NCBI GenBank assembly: GCA_963614215.1
Contig: CAVECB010000002.1
Coordinates: 18,055-82,054 of the forward strand
Source of the DNA: Ruthenibacterium lactatiformans
Lineage (GTDB): Bacteria; Actinomycetota; Coriobacteriia; Coriobacteriales; QAMH01
Reading direction: 5' to 3'
Length of the DNA: 64,000 bases
The notes below the pieces were generated by a model, which worked only from the letters and a program-made list of their open reading frames with translations, had not been told where the DNA came from and did no database searches. Within the stretch, counting starts at the first letter, position 1, and the number at the start of each line of letters is the position of its first letter. The translations under genes were made by a program, and so were the position numbers. This document shows, in pieces, positions 27,572-36,100 of the stretch.

Positions 27572-28696
27572 TCAGCCGGCGATGCGGCCGCCGCCCAACA
27601 CGAGCGCGTCGGAGTAGAAGACGCAGGTGCTGCCAGGCTCGATGCCGCGCCGCGCCTCGGGAAAGCTCACAAGCACGCGGTCCGCGCCGGCAAAGCTCAG
27701 CTGCGCGGGCACCGCCTTGGCGTCCCACGAGGTCTTCACCTTGCACGAACGCACCTGCCCCGGCTCGCGCACGGGCGCCTCGACGCTCGTCCAGACCACC
27801 TCGTCTACAAGGCAGGTCTCCACGCCCGCCACGGCGGCAGGCCCCACGTAAAGCGTGCGCGTGGCCGCGTCCTTTGCCACCACGAACAGCGCCTCGCCGC
27901 CGGCAAGCTGCGCGCCAGAAAACCTCTCCCCCGCCTCGTAGCGCAAAAGGCCTGCGTGGCGCATCTGCGGCGCATCTGCGGCGCCCAAGACGACCACAGG
28001 CCCTGGCGCATCGTCGATGCCGGCTTTTTCGCATGCCCACTCGTGGGCGGGCTTGCCATCGAGGAAGAAGGGGTCGTATTCGTCGAGCAGGGGCGCGAGC
28101 GGCAACAACCCTTCACGCATGGCCATTTGGCGGGCGACGGGCTTTGCCGTCGCATGCAGGGGAAAGCGCAGCTGCGCAAGCGCGTTTTGGCCCAGCCCGT
28201 AGAGATAGTAGCTTTCATCATGAAAGACGTCGGCGGCCCGCACGAGACGCAGCGGCAGCAGACCCGCGCCCGCCGCATCTGTCATGCCTGTTTCACCCGC
28301 CTCATCCGCCGCGCCCGCGTCTACGTCGCGCTCTATGCCCGCGTAATGCCCCGTGGCCGCCCCGTCGCAGCCCAGACGCTGCGCCTGCTCCAGCAAGGCG
28401 GGCACGAGCAGCGGCGTCGTCCACAGCATGTAGGGGTTGTCCACGCGTCCAGCGCGCAGCGCATCGGTGAAAGGAGCCACGACCTGCTCGGAAAAGCGCT
28501 CGCGCTCGTCGGCCACCACGTGCTCGATGCCGAGTTTTTCGCACACCTTGCGGGCGGCCTCCACGCGCGCCTCTTCGCGCGCGCACGGATACAACAAAAA
28601 CGTGACGCCCGCCACGTCGTGGCCGTCACGTTGCAAAAAACGGGCGGCCATCGACGAATCGACGCCGCCCGTCATTCCTACGAGGAGCCGGCTCAA
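27572..28696 (-). CDS. mnmA: MnmA-like tRNA 2-thiouridylase homologue lacking both catalytic cysteines
   Basis: PP-loop GMTGGVDSS, AATGHYA and DESYYLYGL match MnmA. However, NPYMLWTTP replaces NPxxxCN, and DPFFLDG replaces DSxxICFIG. Confidence 0.7.
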   Translation of the reverse strand: MSRLLVGMTGGVDSSMAARFLQRDGHDVAGVTFLLYPCAREEARVEAARKVCEKLGIEHVVADERERFSEQVVAPFTDALRAGRVDNPYMLWTTPLLVPALLEQAQRLGCDGAATGHYAGIERDVDAGAADEAGETGMTDAAGAGLLPLRLVRAADVFHDESYYLYGLGQNALAQLRFPLHATAKPVARQMAMREGLLPLAPLLDEYDPFFLDGKPAHEWACEKAGIDDAPGPVVVLGAADAPQMRHAGLLRYEAGERFSGAQLAGGEALFVVAKDAATRTLYVGPAAVAGVETCLVDEVVWTSVEAPVREPGQVRSCKVKTSWDAKAVPAQLSFAGADRVLVSFPEARRGIEPGSTCVFYSDALVLGGGRIAG

Positions 28697-28718
28697 CGCT
28701 GCTCCCCTTCTCTTTGCG

Positions 28719-29996
28719 CTACTCGGCGTCCGCCGCAGACGCGTCCTCGGCCTGCTCTTCGGCCTCGGCCGCCTCTGCGTCCTCGGCAGGCGTCTCGGCC
28801 TCTTCGGCCTCGGCCTTCTCCTCGGCCTTCTCGGCCTTGGCGCCCTTGTCGGACTTCTCGCCGCCCTCGTAGTCGGCGACCTCGATCTCGACGCCCAAGG
28901 TCTCGGCGGCGGCCTTCATCGACAGGCTGATGCGGCGACGCTCCAGGTCCACGTCCATGACCTTCACCTGCACCTTGTCGCCCACCGTGCACACCTGGCT
29001 GGGAACGTCCACATGGCTGTTGGCCATCTCGGAGATGTGCACCAGGCCCTCGATGCCGTCGCCCAGCTCGACGAAGACGCCGAAGGGCACGAGCTTGGTG
29101 ACCTTGCCCTCGACGATCGAGCCGACGGGGTAGTTCTTCACCAGCGTGCGCCACGGATCCTCGGTGGTCTGCTTCAGGCCCAAGCTGATGCGCTCGCGCT
29201 GCATGTCCACGTCGAGGACCATGACCTCGACCTCCTGGCCGACCTTCACGACCTCGCTCGGGTGGTTCACGTGGCTCCAAGACAGCTCGGAGATGTGCAC
29301 CAGGCCGTCGATGCCGCCCAGGTCCACGAAGGCGCCGAAGTCGACGATCGAGGAGACGACACCTTTAAGGCGCATGCCCTTGGCCAGCTTCTGCAGCACC
29401 TCGGCACGCTCGGCGCGGCGGCCTTCCTCCAGCACGACGCGGCGCGAGAGCACCACGTTGTTGCGGTTGCGGTCCATCTCGATGACGCGGGCCTCGATGA
29501 CCTGCCCCAGGTAGGTGTCCAGATCCTTCACGCGGCGCAGGTCCACGAGAGAGGCGGGCAGGAAGCCACGCAGGCCGATGTCGAGAATCAGGCCGCCCTT
29601 GACGACCTCGATGACCTCGCCTTCCACGTTCTCGCCGGCCTTGAACTTCTCCTCGACGGAGATCCAGCCACGCTCGTATTCCGCGCGCTTCTTGGACAGC
29701 ACGAGACGGCCGTCCTTGTCCTCCTTTTGCAAGACGAGCGCCTCGAGCTCGTCGCCTAGGCCGACGACCTCGGACGGGTCGATGTCTTTGCGGATGGACA
29801 GCTCGCGCGAGGGGATGACGCCCTCGGACTTGAAGCCGATGTCGAGCAGCACTTCGTCGTGGTCGATCTTCACGACCGTGCCCGTCACCAAATCGCCGTC
29901 GTCAAACGGGTTGATGGTGCCATCGACCAAGCCGGCGAACTCCTCGTCGGTCATGTCGGGCGCTTCGATGATGGATGGATTCTTGATCTCGCTCAA
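28719..29996 (-). CDS. rpsA: 30S ribosomal protein S1
   Basis: Several S1 domains ([23 protein letters not shown]). The start is probably the TTG at 29996 (GAGAGGGG RBS) or the ATG at 29954. The C-terminal tail is acidic. Confidence 0.9.
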   Translation of the reverse strand: MSEIKNPSIIEAPDMTDEEFAGLVDGTINPFDDGDLVTGTVVKIDHDEVLLDIGFKSEGVIPSRELSIRKDIDPSEVVGLGDELEALVLQKEDKDGRLVLSKKRAEYERGWISVEEKFKAGENVEGEVIEVVKGGLILDIGLRGFLPASLVDLRRVKDLDTYLGQVIEARVIEMDRNRNNVVLSRRVVLEEGRRAERAEVLQKLAKGMRLKGVVSSIVDFGAFVDLGGIDGLVHISELSWSHVNHPSEVVKVGQEVEVMVLDVDMQRERISLGLKQTTEDPWRTLVKNYPVGSIVEGKVTKLVPFGVFVELGDGIEGLVHISEMANSHVDVPSQVCTVGDKVQVKVMDVDLERRRISLSMKAAAETLGVEIEVADYEGGEKSDKGAKAEKAEEKAEAEEAETPAEDAEAAEAEEQAEDASAADAE

Positions 29997-30173
29997 GGTG
30001 ACCCCTCTCGATCCTTGGGGCCGCACGAATAGTCGCAAGTTGTACGTTTACTCGAGGGCCTGCAGATACTCATCATGGTGCGGCCTATTCCGCACACAAC
30101 CGCGCTATTGTACACGAAACGCGCCCCGCGCCGCGCGCGAAGATGCGCACGGACACGAGACGCGCCCTTCCAC

Positions 30174-33100
30174 TCAGGAGCGCTCGTTGCGCCGCCGCGA
30201 GAACAACATCGCCACCACGGCCGCGGTCACGAGCGCCGCGCCTCCCGCCGTCAGCACGACCGCCCCGCCCGCGCCGGCAAGCGGCATGGTCCAGTTGCGG
30301 TAGTTCGGCAGCGAGTATGCGCCGTCCGCGCCCACCTTAAACGCCGGCGGCAGCATCTCGCCGCGCGCCGTGACCGACACCGCGCCGCCAACCGCGTCCA
30401 CGTCAAGCATCCACTGGCCGTAGGGGCGCCGGTACCCTTCAGGCGAGGCCGTCTCGACCATCATGTACTGGCCGCTGTACAGCCCCGTGAAACTGACCAC
30501 GCCGTCGTCGCCGCTCGTGGCCGTGGCATAGGCCGCGTCCACCTTCCAGCAGCAGTCCGTATCGTTGGTGGCCAGCTCGGAGTGGTCGGCGGCGCTCGTG
30601 TGCGCGGAATTGCCGCACTTGTACAGCTCGAAAGTGGCACCCGCCAGCGCCGCGTCGCCGTCGCCAATCTTTGTGAAGGTGAAGTCGGTGGTCTTGTCCT
30701 CGTCGGTCAAATTCGTCGGGGTGTTCACCACCGCGCAGCCCACGTTCTTGGCCGCATCGGCACCGCCCGTCTCGATGGCCAGCCCCGTGCCCTCGCGCTG
30801 CTCTTGCGGGATGAAAAACGCACCCGAGCCGTCGCCGGCATCTTGGCCGAAGAAAGTGTCGAAGTCGATCAGCAGCTGACCGGTCGGCACCTCGAACTCC
30901 CACTCGCGCCCGCTCGGCGCCGTGTAACTGCTCGGCACCGCCGTCTCGACCAGCATGTAGTAGCCGCGCGGCAGCTCGCCGAAATCGACCGTGCCGTCCG
31001 CGCCCGACACGACCGTCTTCAACGGGTCGCTCGTGGCCAGTCCGTCGGCGTCGTAGCTGCCCCAGCACGAGTCCGAGCCGCCCGCCACCGCCGAATGCGA
31101 ATCCTTGCCGGAGTGCTGCGGGTTCGTGCATTCATAGAGCGCGAAGGTAAATCCCGGCAGCGCCGTCTTCAAATCCGACGACTTCTTCGTGAAGCTCAGC
31201 GGCTCGGTCGCGGCCGCCTCGTTTATCACCCAGCGGCTGTTCGCCCCGCCGGAAAACGCCTGCGCGTTGCCGAAGTTCCAATCCGCGCTGGCCTGCCCGT
31301 CCTCGCAGGGCTCGACGACGAGGTCGGTTTGGCTCGTGGCCGTCGCCGGCACCGTCACCAACCACTGCCCGCTGGGCAGCTCGTAGTCGAGCGCCTGCCA
31401 GTCGCCGTCGGCATCGTGGTAGCCGCCGGCCGCCCTGTCCTCGACAAGCATATAGCTCTTGCCGGGCGTGAGCTTGCCGAAATCGTAGGTGCTACCGGTG
31501 TGGCCCGTGCCGCCCACCGACTTCCACAGCTTCCAGCAGCTGGTGGTGGAACCGGCCGTGCCCGTGTGCTCGGAGAGCTCCGTGTGGCCGTCCACGCAGG
31601 TGTACATGGAAAACGCCGCGTTCTCCAGATCCAGCCCGTCGTCGGAGGCCTGGTCGCTTTTCTTGAACGAGAACGCGACAGTGCCCTCGTCGGGCGCATC
31701 GGCGATGGTGTAGCCGTCCGCATAAGAGCCGCCGGGCGCAGGCGCGTAGGTGGTCGTGCCCTCCGTCGCATAGACCTCCACGGTGCGGTTCGCGATATCG
31801 GCATAGACGTTCCAAGTGCCCAGCACGCGCTCGTAGCCGCTCGGCGCCGCCGTCTCGGCCAAGGTGTAGTAGCCCTCTTTGTCGAGCAGGCCAAAGTCCA
31901 CCTTGCCGGACGCGTCGGAAGTGGCCGTGAGCACCGTGCCGTCGCCGCGGTCGAGGGTGAAGGTGGCACCCGAGAGCGCCGCGCCCGTCTTCGAGTCGGT
32001 TTTGATGAACGAGAAGGGCAGCGCAAGAGCGTCGTTTGTGAGGGTGAAGCCGTCGTCGTAGGTGCCGGTGAAGGCACGCGTGTCGCCGACGGGCGTCACG
32101 GTCACGGGCGGCTCAGCCGCAGAATCCACCGCAACGGTCCAGGTGCCGGTCAAGGTGTCGTAGCCGTCGGGTGCTGCCGTCTCGGACAGCGTGTAGGTGC
32201 CGTCGGCCAGGTTCGTAAAGCTCACGGTGCCATCCACGCCCGACTCGGCGCTCAAGGCCGTGCCGCTTGCGGGCGTAAGGGTGAATGTGGCGCCGGAGAG
32301 CAGCGTGCCGGTCTTGGAGTCGGCCTTGCCGAAGGTGAAGGCCACCGGTTCCTTCTCGTTTTCCAGCGTAAGGCCGTCTTCAAAGGTCCCGCCGAAGGCC
32401 GTGGCGCCGTCGTTAGCCGTCACGGCCAGCTTCCAGTTCTCCACGTCCACCGACACGGTCCACGAGCCGGCCGGGTCGGCATATCCTGCAGGCGAGGACG
32501 TCTCCACGAGCGTCCAATCGCCCGCATCCAGCTTGCCGAAGTCCACCCAGCCTTCCTCATCGGAAGTGACGGTCGCATACACCTGCCCATCGCGGCGCAG
32601 CTCGAAGGTGGCGCCTTGCAGCTCATTGCCGCCGGCGCCCGTCTTGGTGAAGGCAAAGGGCATTCGGCTCGCGCGCGCGTTGGTCAGGGTGTAGCCGTCC
32701 TCGTAGTTGCCCGCGAACAGCGGCGCATCGTCGCCCATCGGCTCGACCGAGGAGATGGAAAGCGCCTTGGTAGTGGAGTCTTGGGCCACCGTGATCTTCC
32801 AAGTGGACGAGGGACGGTCGTAGCGCTCGGGCGCCACTTGCTCGCTCAAGACGTAGGTGCCCGGCTGCGAGAACCCGCGGTCGAACTCCACGAGGCCGTT
32901 GGCATCCGAGACGCCCCAAGAAAAGTCGCTGCCTTCCGTCTGCCCCTCGACATCCAGGTACTCGACCAAGAACTCCGCGCCTTCCAGCGGGTTGTCGTTT
33001 TCGTCTACCTTGGTGAAGGTGAAGGGGATGGAGGGCTTCTTGTTCACCAGCGTGAAGCCGGTCTGGTAGTCGCCCTCGAAATCGATGGCGGTGCCGCCGT

Positions 33101-36100
33101 AGTCGCTGTCGATGGAGATGGAGATGGTGCGGGCGTCCATGTCTACGTCCATATTCCATCGGCCTGTCCACATCTCGTAGCCATCAGTCGCGATATTTTC
33201 GAACAGTTTGTAGGTGCCAGAGTGCAGGAAGCCGCCCAATTCGAAAATACCATTTTCGTCTGTAGAAGTGCTTATCCAAGACTCAGATCCATACTCAATA
33301 ACAAAGTCCGTATGCTGCAACGGGTTGCCGTCCTCGTCCACCTTCTTGAACGAAAAGGGTAGTGGCTCGTAGTTCTTCAAGGTCCAGCCGTTCGCGGTGC
33401 TGCCCTCAAAGTCGGTAGGCTGCTCGTAACTGCCGTCGGGCATGACAGAGGTGATTGACGTCACATCGACGGATTTAGCATCATCTGAAAGCGCGAGAGT
33501 GACCGCCCAATGAAAATACTCAGAGTCACTCCAAACGGCGTGCGAATGCGAATGATAGTACGGAAGGCTATCCTCGTACAGGTCATAGGTACCGGGAACA
33601 AGACCTGAAAAGCTCACCACACCGTCCGAGCCGGACGTCGCCGTGGCAACCTCCGTGCCGTTTTGCTTCAAGGTGAAGCCCGCACCCTTAAGTGCCGCCC
33701 CACTCACGTTGGTCTTCGTGAACTTGAAGGTGCCCTTCAAAGGCTCGTTGGCCACCTTCAAATCGCCGTCCGCATACGTGCCCGTAAACTCGGGCGCACC
33801 GTCATTTGCCGTGATGGAGACCGTGTCGTTTTCCGCATCCACCACGACCGTCCACGTATGCTGCGTCATGTCGTACCCTTTTGGTGCAGCCGTCTCCGTC
33901 AGCGTGTACGTGCCCGACGCCACCTCGCCGAAGTCCACCTTGCCATCGTCGCCCGACGTGACCGTACCGACGGTCGTCTTCGTCTTCTGGTTCACCAGTT
34001 CAAAACTCGCCCCCGACAGCGCCGTCCCTGTCCCCGAGTCGGTCTTGGTAAACGAGAACGGAACCCGCGGCACATAGTGGATAATCTCGTTGGTCTCATT
34101 CGCCGGGTCGCCCGTGCCGTCCCAATCCACCTCGTACAGCCCAACATTTCGTATTACCGACGGAGCATCGTCGAGCACTTTCACATGAAGGGCGCATACA
34201 CCTCCATACCCAGGATTCACAGGAACGTTAAATGAGTCCCATGTGACGAAATTTTCATCCTCGTCCCAGTCTGGAGCTTTATCAGAGCCGTCGGGCGGCA
34301 TCATGGCACCCAAAAAAACCGTGCCCTCGGGAACGTAGTCGCGCAACGTCAAAGACGCAGCGGCAGCACCGTTATTCTTAATTTCGAATGTATATATCAG
34401 CATGTCACCAGGGGACACCGAAGCACCAAAATCAGGGGAGAAAGCTGTCTTCGTCACGGAAATGATTGGGATGGCCTTGTTGGCCAAGCTGTAGCCGTCC
34501 GCATAGCTGCCGGTGAAATCCGTCGCACCGTCGTTCGAGGCGATGGAGACCGTCGTGTTGTCCCCGTCCACCACAACCGTCCACGACCCGCCCGACTTCT
34601 CGTAGCCGGTGGGCGCGAAAGTCTCCGTCAGGGTGTAGGTACCCGGCCCCAAGCTGCCGAAATCCACCAGCCCCGTCGCCGTCGTGCCGGAACCGTCGGC
34701 GCTCGTCACGGTCTGGAGAACCGTGTCGCCTTGCTTCAGCTCGAAGGTCGCACCCGCCAGCGCCGTGCCTGACTGGTCGGTCTTCGTAAACGAGAACGGG
34801 ACTCCCCTCGTGTAGTGGACAATTTCATTGGTCTCGATTGCAGGGTCGCCTGTGCCATCCCAATCCACCTCGTACAGGGCGACGTTCCTTATTACCGACG
34901 GCGCAGTGTCACGCACCGTCGCCTGAATGGTGCATTTCGAAGTATACGTTGTGCCAGCTGGCACCTTAATCGACTGCCACGTAATAGTATTACCAGTAAT
35001 GTCGGGCGCCACATTTCCTGGTCCATACCAAACCGAACCTACGTATAAATACTCGGGAACATAGTCTCGTATGCTCACTTCTGCATCCGCAGTACTGCTA
35101 TTCGTGATTGTGAATGCATAGTACACTCTGTCACCAACAGACACCACGCTACCAGCAGGAGGAACATCGCTAACACTAGTGGAGACGGTCTTCGTCACCA
35201 AAACGGTCGAATCGTTCTTGTTGGCCAGCTTGTAGCCGTCTGCATAACTGCCAGTGAAATCCGTCGCACCATCGTTTGATATGATGGAGACCGTCGTATT
35301 GTCCCCATCCACCACAACCGTCCACGAGCCGTCCGATTTCTCGTAGCCAGATGGAGCCGCCGTCTCCGTTAAAACATACGTGCCCGTCTCCAGCTTGCCG
35401 AAACTCACAGTGCCATCGGAAGCGCTCTCCACTGTCTTAAGAAGCGTGTCGTCCTGCCTCAGTTCGAAAGACGCACCAGCAAGAGCCTTGCCAGTCTCAT
35501 TTGTCTTCGTGAACGAAAACAAGGCACCAGGCCTCTCGTTGGCCAAGCTGTAGCCGTCTGCGTAGGAGCCGGTGAAGGCCGTAGCGCCGCTTGCGGAGGT
35601 GAGCGCCACGGTGTTCGAGCCCGAGAGGTTCACGTCGACGCGCCAGTAGCCGGAAAGCTTCTTGTAGCCGTCAGGCGCCGTCGTCTCGGAGAGGTAGTAG
35701 GTCCCGCTGTCGAGCGTACCGAAATCCACGAGACCAGCGTCGGTCGAGGTCGCGGACTTCACCAGCGCAGACGCGGTCATGCTGGTCGAAGAATACAGGC
35801 CAAACCTCGCGCCCGCCAGCACGTCGCCCGTCTCCGCGTCGGTTTTGGTAAACGAGAAGGGCAGCGGCGACAGGGCATTGACCAGTTTGTAGCCGTCCGC
35901 GTAGCTGCCGGTGAAGGCCGTCGCGCCGCTTTGAGCCGCGATGGTCACGGTTTCAGACACCGCGTTCACCGTGACGGTCCAGGAACCGCCCGCCGCGGTG
36001 TAGCCGGTCGGCGCCGAAGTTTCCGTCAGGGTATAAGTGCCCGCGCGCAGGCTGCCGAAGTCCACTTTACCGTCCGTGCCACTTTCCAGCTCGCCCACCG

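Noticed and set aside
29997-30173. The rpsA leader, with a TACAAT -10-like box at 30107-30112 (minus strand), a GUGCGG...CCGCAC hairpin, and possible SD sequestration.
   Set aside because: It is plausible, but the -35 is poor and the pairing includes weak or G-U pairs. I cannot separate it from chance in GC-rich DNA without comparative data.
30075-33362. 1095-aa plus-strand ORF, along with similar long ORFs such as 41673-44552 (+), 52544-55120 (+), 24534-26201 (+), 47852-50581 (-) and 20941-22011 (-).
   Set aside because: All lie antisense to, or out of frame with, genes that have clear family signatures. Their translations are R/A/G/H/P-rich and low in complexity, as expected for stop-poor off-frames in high-GC DNA. 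I saw no RBS or motifs.
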